Origin: Chloroflexota bacterium | GTDB taxonomy: Bacteria; Chloroflexota; Anaerolineae; Promineifilales; Promineifilaceae | DNA length: 58,122 nt | Direction of reading: 5' to 3' | Assembly: GCA_012515125.1 (NCBI GenBank) | Contig: JAAYYY010000081.1 | Span: 1-58,122 of the forward strand | In this document: positions 1 through 7,890 of the stretch, piece by piece | How positions within the stretch are numbered: the stretch's first letter is position 1 | Layout: every line of letters starts with the position of its first letter | Translations under genes and position numbers: made by a program | The notes under the pieces: model-generated | What the model saw: only the letters and a program-made list of their open reading frames with translations | Databases searched by the model: none | What the model was told of the DNA's origin: nothing

Positions 1-2
1 CG

Positions 3-716
3 GCCCAGGCGCTGCCGGGCATCAACTCGGCCGAGCTGGCCGCCGCCATCGCCCGCCTGGAAAGCATCTTCCCCGACGAGCTGCGAGCGACGCTGCGCGA
101 GGCGACCGAGCAGTTGCCTGAACGAGCTGCAAAAGCGCATCGCCAGAAGATGCTGAGCCTGCTCCACCGCGCGGAGGTAGAGAGACGGCCCGTTTCCATC
201 CACTATCTGACCGGCTCTCGGGGAGGGCGCGGCCGCACCCGCACGGTGGAACCCTACGCCCTGATGCCCTACGGACGCTCGTGGCACCTCATCGCTTTCG
301 ACCATCACCGCCAGACGGTCTTACAGTTCAAGGTGGACCGCGTACAGGAAGCAACGCTGCTGGAGGGGCGCTACGAGATTCCCCGGGAGTTTGACCTCAA
401 CGCCTATCTCGGCGACGCCTGGGGATTGATGCGCGGCGCAGCCGGCGAGCCAGAGCACGTCGTGCTCCTGTTCAGGCCGCAGGCCGGGCGATGGGTCGCC
501 GAAGAGCAGTGGCACCATAGCCAGCAGAGCGAGGAGCTGCCCGACGGCCGCGTCCAGGTCGAGTTCTTCGTCGGCGTCACGCCCGAGATGGTGCGCTGGC
601 TGCTCTACTATGGGCCGGATGTGTACGTGGTCTCCCCGGAGTGGCTGCGAGAGGCAGTCGCGGCGGAACACCGCGCCGCGTTGGAGAAACAGGAGGCGAC
701 CCATTATGCCGGTTGA
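3..716 (+). CDS. WYL-domain transcriptional regulator, C-terminal portion (5' end lies upstream of the window)
   Basis: Frame 3 is open from base 3, with no stop before the annotated TTG at 114. The translation contains the WYL-domain core VSIHYLTGSRGG...RTVEPYALMPYGRSWHLIAFDHHRQTVLQFKVDRV followed by a WCX-like C-terminal region. No N-terminal HTH is visible, consistent with truncation by the window edge. The gene lies 90 nt upstream of cas3 and is co-directional with it. Confidence 0.8.
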   Translation, partial: AQALPGINSAELAAAIARLESIFPDELRATLREATEQLPERAAKAHRQKMLSLLHRAEVERRPVSIHYLTGSRGGRGRTRTVEPYALMPYGRSWHLIAFDHHRQTVLQFKVDRVQEATLLEGRYEIPREFDLNAYLGDAWGLMRGAAGEPEHVVLLFRPQAGRWVAEEQWHHSQQSEELPDGRVQVEFFVGVTPEMVRWLLYYGPDVYVVSPEWLREAVAAEHRAALEKQEATHYAG

Positions 717-806
717 CTACTGTGGAGATCCGTTTGTAGATGTGGGGCTGGCGACGCTGGCAGCCTTCGCCGGCAAACAGCACCCGCTCTCCTTTTACGG
801 TGACTG

Positions 807-3308
807 ATGGGCGACTGGGTTCCTTACTTCTATCAGGAACAGGTGTGTGAGTTTCTGCTTGGTGGCCGAAGTGTTGTCCTTCAGGCACCCACCGGTGCGG
901 GAAAGACGGCAGCGGCCCTGTTGCCGTTTTTGCACAGCCGCCAGAACCCGAGCCCAGACTGTTTTCCCCGCAAATGTATCTACTCCGTTCCTATGCGGGT
1001 GTTGGCTAACCAGTTCCACGAGGAATATAAAAAGATCACTCAGCGCGAGGGCTGGAAGGGAAAACTCAACGTCACCATTCAAACGGGTGACCGTCCCGAC
1101 GACCGCAAGCTAGAGGGCGATCTCATTTTCACGACAATCGATCAGACTTTGAGCAATTTTCTGAATATCCCCTACGCTCTGGGTACGGGCTCGGCCAACC
1201 TCAATGCCGGGGCGGTTATCTCCAGCTATCTTGTCTTTGACGAACTTCATCTCTATGACCCCGATTCCCTGTTGCCAACCACACTGGAGATGCTGCGGAT
1301 ACTGAAGGATGTGACACCCTTTGTGGTCATGACTGCTACCTTCTCGTCCTCCATGTTGAACGATCTGGCCCATCTGTTGGATGCAGAAGTAGTACCTCAG
1401 GATCATCACGCACGGTCGCGCATGGAGACAATCGGCGCACAGGTGGGCAAGCAGAGAAAGTTCTACACCGTGGATGAGCCCTTAACAGCGGCGCAGGTCC
1501 TTAACCATCGTGGTCGGCGCACCATCTGCATATGCAATACCGTCCGTTCAGCCCAGACCCTTTTTCAGGACTTGAAGCAGCTCTTGAAGAGTCAGGGCGA
1601 TGCGGAGACAGAGATTTGCCTGATACATAGCCGCTTCTATAAGGATGATCGCGACCGCAAGGAGGAATGGATTCGGGAGCAGTTTGGCTACCCGCAAAAA
1701 GAATATTCAGGCCCGCCATTAATCCTGATCGCTACGCAAGTTATCGAGGTGGGTGTAGATGCAACCTGTGACATCATGCACACAGAGCTAGCCCCAGCAG
1801 CAGCTCTGCTGCAACGGGCCGGGCGCTGCGCGCGTCGTGATCACGAAACAGGTGTCGTCTATATCTACCTACCTCGTGATGGCGAAGGGAATCCGGATTA
1901 CACGCCCTACTTCCTCCAGAGCCAATCTCGGGTGACATCCCGCGGCCGCTACCTGTGTGAGGCAACATGGGAAGCGCTCCAGGACCAGGAGTTCGCCGGT
2001 CGGCACATGTCTTTCAGTCTGGAGCAAAAGCTGATTGACCGGGTTCACACACCAATTGACCGCCAAATCCTGGAGGGAATAGCTGATACGCGGCTAAGCC
2101 GTCGGGACAAAATGCTGCGGGCCATGCAGTCACAGGAGCGTGGCCTAGCGCCTGATCTGATCCGGCAAAGCGACAGCCGATTCTTGTTCATCCATCCCTC
2201 GCCAGGTCGGGATGAAAGGCTACTGAGGAACCCGTGGGCCTATGACGGCTTTTCCTTCTATCCCGGGACGCTAGCTAAAGCATTTCAGGAGTTGTCTTCA
2301 AACGCGGGTGTCGAAGCGCCCTGGCTGATGCAAACCGCCCAGGCGACAGGACAGACCGACGAAGAAATACCGGCTCGACAGCAAATTGAATATCGCTGGC
2401 TTCCGCTGCAGGAGAGTAAGGAGGTGTATACGTCAGCGATCGTGGCCGTCCACCCATCTCTTGTGTCTTATGATACGGAGTTGGGGTTCCGCTTTGAGCC
2501 ATCTTACGGCAACCTTGAACCGCGCCGCCGGCCATCTCGACAACAGGCCCCAAGTTATAGCTACAGCCGCGAAACGTACGCCGAGCACGTTGCTGGCCTG
2601 TTCCGTGCCTATAACTCATCTCTCCGCGATCCAGAAAGCGGTAAATTCTGGTTACCGTTGAGGGATGAAATAGCTTACGTCATGCGTCGTCTAGAAAGCA
2701 AGCCGACATACGGGATGCCAGCCGGCATACTGGACGAAATGGCGCGCGCCCTTTTTGTCTGTCACGACCTGGGCAAGTTAAGCGTTACCTGGCAGGATTG
2801 GGCGCACCGGTGGCAGCGGCAATTAGGACGGTTCTATGGGGGAAGGGACATGAGCCTGCCTCCAGACTATATGGCGGCGCACACAGATTACGAGCCGACG
2901 GACGAGCAGAAGGCAGCACAAAGGCAGTTAGGAAAGCGGCCCAACCACGCTGGCGAGGGCGCGATGGCGGCGGTAAATCTGCTCTGGACACTAAGCCGGG
3001 AGAACAGACCACTGCTTCGAGCCGGGGTGACAGCCATCGCCCGGCACCATAACGCTTCAACCGACCGCTACCAAGCCTATAAAAGTCATCGCTCCGCTTC
3101 ACAGGCCTTTTCCGAAGCTCTGGAAGTCGTTGGATTGTCACTTGAGCTTACTAACCACATTTGGTGGGATCCCGATGGCGCGGAAGATCTTTCAGGGCTG
3201 CTCGTGCACTTCCACGGGACGAGTGTAGCAGAAGTATTGCTTTACCTGATCCTGGTGAGAATTCTACGCTTGGCCGATCAGCGCTCGCAGCTCGATCCTG
3301 GAGGATGA
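807..3308 (+). CDS. cas3: Cas3 helicase-nuclease with the SF2 helicase N-terminal and the HD nuclease C-terminal
   Basis: 833 aa. Helicase motifs: I LQAPTGAGKT, II VFDELHLYD (DExH), III VMTATFS, VI LLQRAGRCARR. C-terminal HD-type motifs: ETYAEHV, FVCHDLGKL, PNHAGEG, AIARHHNAS. Confidence 0.9.
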   Translation: MGDWVPYFYQEQVCEFLLGGRSVVLQAPTGAGKTAAALLPFLHSRQNPSPDCFPRKCIYSVPMRVLANQFHEEYKKITQREGWKGKLNVTIQTGDRPDDRKLEGDLIFTTIDQTLSNFLNIPYALGTGSANLNAGAVISSYLVFDELHLYDPDSLLPTTLEMLRILKDVTPFVVMTATFSSSMLNDLAHLLDAEVVPQDHHARSRMETIGAQVGKQRKFYTVDEPLTAAQVLNHRGRRTICICNTVRSAQTLFQDLKQLLKSQGDAETEICLIHSRFYKDDRDRKEEWIREQFGYPQKEYSGPPLILIATQVIEVGVDATCDIMHTELAPAAALLQRAGRCARRDHETGVVYIYLPRDGEGNPDYTPYFLQSQSRVTSRGRYLCEATWEALQDQEFAGRHMSFSLEQKLIDRVHTPIDRQILEGIADTRLSRRDKMLRAMQSQERGLAPDLIRQSDSRFLFIHPSPGRDERLLRNPWAYDGFSFYPGTLAKAFQELSSNAGVEAPWLMQTAQATGQTDEEIPARQQIEYRWLPLQESKEVYTSAIVAVHPSLVSYDTELGFRFEPSYGNLEPRRRPSRQQAPSYSYSRETYAEHVAGLFRAYNSSLRDPESGKFWLPLRDEIAYVMRRLESKPTYGMPAGILDEMARALFVCHDLGKLSVTWQDWAHRWQRQLGRFYGGRDMSLPPDYMAAHTDYEPTDEQKAAQRQLGKRPNHAGEGAMAAVNLLWTLSRENRPLLRAGVTAIARHHNASTDRYQAYKSHRSASQAFSEALEVVGLSLELTNHIWWDPDGAEDLSGLLVHFHGTSVAEVLLYLILVRILRLADQRSQLDPGG

Positions 3309-3309
3309 G

Positions 3310-5055
3310 ATGGATCTGGCGAATTTCCATGTAGACAAAGTGACAGGAACCCCTGCTGATACACTCCTGGCATTCGGACTGGCACAACTCATTGAACGAA
3401 TCGTTCCAGAATCGGCCGGCGATGTGGATCTGCGGATAGCGGATGTGGGCGATTCCTACCGCATCTCTCTACAAGGGGTTATCCGCCCGGAATGGGTGTC
3501 GCAGGCATCTTTCTTTCCGCTGTTCCAGGGTCTGGATACAGCCAAGAAGCAGTCTGCGCTACCAGAAGCACATCGGAAGGATTACGTTCGCCAGCAGCAG
3601 CGCAACCAGGCCTACTTCGAGGCGCGCGCGCGAGGGTTGACAGAGGCGGAACTGGCCGAACAGGGGCTGGCGCCACCTCCACCGGATTGGGCCGTTTGGG
3701 CTGTAATCAACCAGATGTCAGCGATCGATGCCTATAACGGACTAGCTGAACTTTGGTACAGCCATCGTGACTGCTTTCCGGCGCTGCTTACCATCATCCT
3801 ACAACTGTTCGGCACGCGCCCCAATGATTATGGTACAGCTCAAGCAGCGTGGACCGAACTTGCCAAAGCTCAGGGATTGACAGCCAAAGCCGTCGCAGCG
3901 CAGCTTCAGGTGGTGAATCCAGGCATGGGCAAAGGGGGCAACAAGAGCAAAGCGGACGGCCTGAGTATCGGCGGGCTTAGCGGCTTCTGGTTGGCCGAGT
4001 ATCTGAAATTCGCTGGGCTGTTTCAGTGCGCCCTGCCACGGACAGTCAAAGGGAAAAAGGACCGCAAAACATATATCTTGCGACCCAGAGTGCTCTCCTG
4101 GAGGACCCACGGACGAGTCCTGCCCCAGTTTCAGCAGAGCCTTCTTAGCAACTCGGCCATCAAGATGGATATTCTGGCCGTGCTTCAGTATTGCCGGGTC
4201 TTCCTGGAGCAGTGGAAAGCAGGCCAGGCAGGGGGCCGCTTTGCTTTCGCTCGTGGTCATCCCGGCGACCACATAGCAGGTGTCGAGGTCATTTACTATA
4301 AGCACCTGGGCAGCGCCCATGCCACGATGAATCTAAGCAGTCTGGCCCTACCACTGTGGCTCCCAGAAGTTAGAGACGTAGAAGACGCAACAATGTTTCT
4401 GGACCTGCTTGGGGAGCACAGCGCCATTGTCCGTGGCCTGGAGGAAGAGAAAGGCGATCAGTATGCGCTGCTACAGGAGTATCGCGACTTCCTCTCAGGA
4501 CGGGATCTGCACCCCTTCTATCGATTTACACGAGGCTACGCATCCCACGTCATGCGCACATTTGTAAGAGGCAAGATGCCTCGACAGTTTACCCTTGCCA
4601 ACCTGGAGGTATTGATCATGGCTCATAACCGGAATCTGGCCCCCATACTACAGAATGAAGGCTTCCAGCACATAGCCGAGGCTATCCGACGCAGCACAGT
4701 GATTCCCCAGTATCAGAAAGCACAGGGGCGAGATACCCTGTACGAGATTCGCTATGGGCTGGGCGATAAGTTGCTGCGTCATGCCCAATATGCCGATGAC
4801 TTTGTGCAAGAACTGAGCCGCTTCATCCACGACTATAATCATGAAAACGCCCAGAAAAGTGAAACCCGCAAACAACAGTATCGCAGCAACATTACCGTGG
4901 ACGATATAGCCGCCGTGGTTAGCTTGATTGACGAGTATGGCGCACCTACCGTCGCCAACCTGTTGGTCGCCTTTGGCTATGCCCGCGATCCGAAGATGGG
5001 TATGAAAGACATACCCGAACCGGATTTGGAAGAAGAAGCTGCTGAGTCGTTCTAA
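3310..5055 (+). CDS. Putative Cascade large subunit (Cas8-like), family not recognised
   Basis: 581 aa. The ATG lies 1 nt after the cas3 stop and is preceded by GGAGG. The size and the position between cas3 and cas7 fit a Cas8-type large subunit. I recognise no diagnostic motif. The C-terminal ~150 aa look helical and could double as a Cas11-like module. Confidence 0.5.
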   Translation: MDLANFHVDKVTGTPADTLLAFGLAQLIERIVPESAGDVDLRIADVGDSYRISLQGVIRPEWVSQASFFPLFQGLDTAKKQSALPEAHRKDYVRQQQRNQAYFEARARGLTEAELAEQGLAPPPPDWAVWAVINQMSAIDAYNGLAELWYSHRDCFPALLTIILQLFGTRPNDYGTAQAAWTELAKAQGLTAKAVAAQLQVVNPGMGKGGNKSKADGLSIGGLSGFWLAEYLKFAGLFQCALPRTVKGKKDRKTYILRPRVLSWRTHGRVLPQFQQSLLSNSAIKMDILAVLQYCRVFLEQWKAGQAGGRFAFARGHPGDHIAGVEVIYYKHLGSAHATMNLSSLALPLWLPEVRDVEDATMFLDLLGEHSAIVRGLEEEKGDQYALLQEYRDFLSGRDLHPFYRFTRGYASHVMRTFVRGKMPRQFTLANLEVLIMAHNRNLAPILQNEGFQHIAEAIRRSTVIPQYQKAQGRDTLYEIRYGLGDKLLRHAQYADDFVQELSRFIHDYNHENAQKSETRKQQYRSNITVDDIAAVVSLIDEYGAPTVANLLVAFGYARDPKMGMKDIPEPDLEEEAAESF

Positions 5056-5085
5056 CAGCTAAGGGATAATTAAGGAGATCATAAC

Positions 5086-6078
5086 ATGGCTAAGCAAGTA
5101 TATGCCCTTTCCGTTTCTGCCCAAGCTGTGCTCAACTTGCACAGCCTGAACAACGAAGGTGGAGAAGGTAATCAGATCCAGACCCGCATGGTGGATATCG
5201 TCTATTACGATAGCGATGGCCAGCCGATGCTGGCCAACGTCAACGCTATCAGCGGCGACATGTTCAAGCACATCCAGGCGGAGCATCTGCACCGCATCGC
5301 CACCGAAAAGAACTTGCCACTTTGTGCCGCCTGCCGTCGCTTCGACGCCAACCGTATGAGCGCCGATCCAGAGTTCCGCGAGTGGATCAAAGGCAAACCC
5401 ACCCAGGTGCAGGTCATTGACCGGCTGGTAAGCTACTGCGCGATAGACGACCTGGAAGGCAACTTGATTACGGAAGGAGCGCTTTCGGCGCCGCGTAAGA
5501 GCGTTGTCGAGTTTGGATGGGTCGTGGGCGTGCCTGGCGCTGTCACGTCTGAGGACTATTTTCATGTCAAGTACGCGCCGGATCGACGTGAGAAGCCAAG
5601 TGATAAAGACGAGCGTGAGGGCAACCTAGGGCAGGCTATCTTCCACCGGCCGGCCAACAGCGGGGTCTATGCCATTGTCAGTAACTTTGAGACGGCGCGC
5701 ATTGGTTACAACGATATTTCTCAGGCATATGTGTCAGACGTAGATCGAAAAACGCGCTATGCGGCCTTGCTAGAAAGCGTCCTCTACACATTTGTCGAGA
5801 TGAACGGGGCCATGCGTAACACGCAACTACCGCACCTCGTAGCCCTACACGGCGTGGTCGCCGTCAGCTACGGCGCCGCACCAGCCCCGACCATTAGCCC
5901 TCTCAATCCCAACTTCGTAACCGAAATAAAGGGGATCGCCGGCTCACTGAACAACTTGCACGGCGATGGACTCGTGAACGTGCACGAGTTTCGCAGCGTC
6001 CCGGAGCTGGCCGACATCATGAGTAGCCTGATTCAGGAGACCGAGCCGTACACGCTGCGAGTGGGCCAACCGGCCTGA
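5086..6078 (+). CDS. cas7: Cas7 backbone subunit, Csa2/DevR/Cst2-like (COG1857-type)
   Basis: 330 aa. AAGGAG lies 8 nt upstream of the ATG. The N-terminus AVLNLHSLNNEGGEGNQ...VNAISGDMFKHIQAEH matches my recollection of the Csa2/DevR/Cst2 Cas7 family (xLNxxxxxGN ... ISGxxxxH). Confidence 0.8.
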   Translation: MAKQVYALSVSAQAVLNLHSLNNEGGEGNQIQTRMVDIVYYDSDGQPMLANVNAISGDMFKHIQAEHLHRIATEKNLPLCAACRRFDANRMSADPEFREWIKGKPTQVQVIDRLVSYCAIDDLEGNLITEGALSAPRKSVVEFGWVVGVPGAVTSEDYFHVKYAPDRREKPSDKDEREGNLGQAIFHRPANSGVYAIVSNFETARIGYNDISQAYVSDVDRKTRYAALLESVLYTFVEMNGAMRNTQLPHLVALHGVVAVSYGAAPAPTISPLNPNFVTEIKGIAGSLNNLHGDGLVNVHEFRSVPELADIMSSLIQETEPYTLRVGQPA

Positions 6079-6088
6079 GGAGGCAACG

Positions 6089-6829
6089 GTGTGGTACATC
6101 GCCCAATATCACCCGTCTGCGCTCTTTAGTCTGCGGCCGGCCAATGCCACAACAAGTGGTGGCAAGACGCTGGTGACCCCAACACCGTACGCCGTGAAAA
6201 TGGCACTGCTGGATGTTGCCATTCGGGTCTATGGTCGCGCTTATGCTGAAAGCTGGTTTCCATATCTACGCGACCTTAAGGTGGCCATCCTGTTACCAGA
6301 TCACTTCGTCGTTATTAACACCTTCGTCAAGATCCTGCGACCTCATAAGACAGGTGCCAAGGACCATTTTGGCACGGGTCTGGAAGGTCCAATGGGCAAT
6401 ACGATCGCGTATCGGGAGCTGGTTCATTATGCAGGAGCTCTGCACTTGGCCATTCTGAGCGAGTCAGAGGACGCGCCTCCCCCTCTGACGACATTGCTAT
6501 CGCACATAAATTACCTTGGAAAACGGGGCGGTTTCGTGCAATGGCTAGGAACGCAGACCGTGGCGACGTTGCCGGATGATTATAGCCTCCTCAACCCAGA
6601 ACCAGGAGCCCCGTTCCTGGCCACTGGCCTCTTGCAGATGATGGACGACTGCGGACCGAAGATGACGTTTGCAGATGCCAATGTGTATAGCGGCAGGAGA
6701 CTTAGGGTAGGCGCGGCAAATGGGCGCCTCCTTCAACCTGTGGTGTTGCCATATCAATTGGAACGATCCAGCCGTTCCTTTAGTCTTTACGGTCGTATAT
6801 CAGACAAATCACGTTCGTCACTGTCTTGA
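6089..6829 (+). CDS. cas5: Cas5-like RAMP subunit
   Basis: 246 aa. GTG start 5 nt after GGAGG. The N-terminal segment LVTPTPYAVKMALLDVAI and the glycine-rich loop YLGKRGGFV are RAMP/Cas5-like. The position directly downstream of cas7 supports the call. Confidence 0.55.
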   Translation: MWYIAQYHPSALFSLRPANATTSGGKTLVTPTPYAVKMALLDVAIRVYGRAYAESWFPYLRDLKVAILLPDHFVVINTFVKILRPHKTGAKDHFGTGLEGPMGNTIAYRELVHYAGALHLAILSESEDAPPPLTTLLSHINYLGKRGGFVQWLGTQTVATLPDDYSLLNPEPGAPFLATGLLQMMDDCGPKMTFADANVYSGRRLRVGAANGRLLQPVVLPYQLERSSRSFSLYGRISDKSRSSLS

Positions 6830-6834
6830 AGACG

Positions 6835-7836
6835 ATGGCCTCTAATCTCACCATTACCCACCTACGCTTCGACGCCGTCGCCGAAGAAGGAATCCGGCTC
6901 AACGGTCTCATGGCCGGTAACTATCTGCGCAACGGCATGGCCTCGGTGATGTTGCGGGCGACCTGTACGGAGACGCACCGCACAGCCCGGCCGACGCCGG
7001 AACACGCCGCCCATTGCCCGGCCTGCTGGCTGCTGGCTGCCCATGTGGAGCCGGGTAAGGTCCGCCGGGCATACAGCATGGCGCCGCCGCTGCCGTCACG
7101 GCAGCAGGTGGAACCGGGCGAGCCGTTCTCCTTCGGCATCTCGCTTTACGGGGAAGGGCTGGGCTTCTTACCTTACTTTGTGCTGGCGCTGACAGAAGTC
7201 GGACGTCTGGGAGTAGGGCCAGGGAGAGGCAGTTTCCGCATCCGGCAGATACAGGCCGTCGAGCCGTTACGAGGGCTGATTCAGGATGTGCTGCGACCGG
7301 ATGCGCAACTCGTTCAGGTTCCGTCGCTCCATGTGGACTGGCAGGCGGCACATGCGGCAGCCTCGACACTTGCAGGTACGCTACGCCGCGACGAGGTCAC
7401 TCTGCACTTTCTGACGCCTGTTCGCCTGACCGAGCAGGAGCGGCTGGTGCGAATGCCCGATTTTGCCGTGCTTTTCCGGCGGCTTCTGGAACGCATTGAC
7501 GAGATGGCCCGCCAGTGGAATCTGGGCGGACGCCGCACCCCTGAGGAGCTGGAGTTACTGTACGGCTGCGCCGAACGTGTGCGCCTTGTAGATGCCGATG
7601 TGAAATGGATGGACTTAAAAAGCTACTCGGGTCGTACAAAGAAAGAGCGCTGGTTCAGTGGTTTTGTTGGTCAGGCAACGTACCGTTCCCAGGACTGGTT
7701 GAACCTATTACCATGGCTGGTCCTCGGCCAGGGTGTGCAGGTGGGGAAAGATACGGTTCGGGGAAATGGAATGTTCATGTTGGCACAGGGTGACGGGTAC
7801 TGGAACTGGCTTGGAGACTTGCAGGCAGTGTCGTAA
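6835..7836 (+). CDS. cas6: Cas6-like RAMP endoribonuclease candidate with a Cys/His-rich N-terminal insertion
   Basis: ATG at 6835, with an alternative TTG at 6826 that overlaps the cas5 stop. The C-terminal glycine-rich loop LGQGVQVGKDTVRGNGMF is typical of Cas6-type RAMPs. The N-terminal cluster is C-x16-C-x2-C with interspersed His (CTETHRTARPTPEHAAHCPAC). Confidence 0.55.
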   Translation: MASNLTITHLRFDAVAEEGIRLNGLMAGNYLRNGMASVMLRATCTETHRTARPTPEHAAHCPACWLLAAHVEPGKVRRAYSMAPPLPSRQQVEPGEPFSFGISLYGEGLGFLPYFVLALTEVGRLGVGPGRGSFRIRQIQAVEPLRGLIQDVLRPDAQLVQVPSLHVDWQAAHAAASTLAGTLRRDEVTLHFLTPVRLTEQERLVRMPDFAVLFRRLLERIDEMARQWNLGGRRTPEELELLYGCAERVRLVDADVKWMDLKSYSGRTKKERWFSGFVGQATYRSQDWLNLLPWLVLGQGVQVGKDTVRGNGMFMLAQGDGYWNWLGDLQAVS

Positions 7837-7890
7837 AAGAACAGCTTGACCGGCAGTAGACCAGCCAGAGACGGTCGGAGTAATTTCGAG

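Noticed and set aside
807-7836. The cas cluster as a transposon-associated (CAST) system or a type IV system.
   Set aside because: An intact-looking Cas3 helicase-nuclease is present. There are no Tn7-like tnsA/B/C/tniQ genes and no DinG/Csf-type genes. The adjacent IS is a simple single-transposase element.
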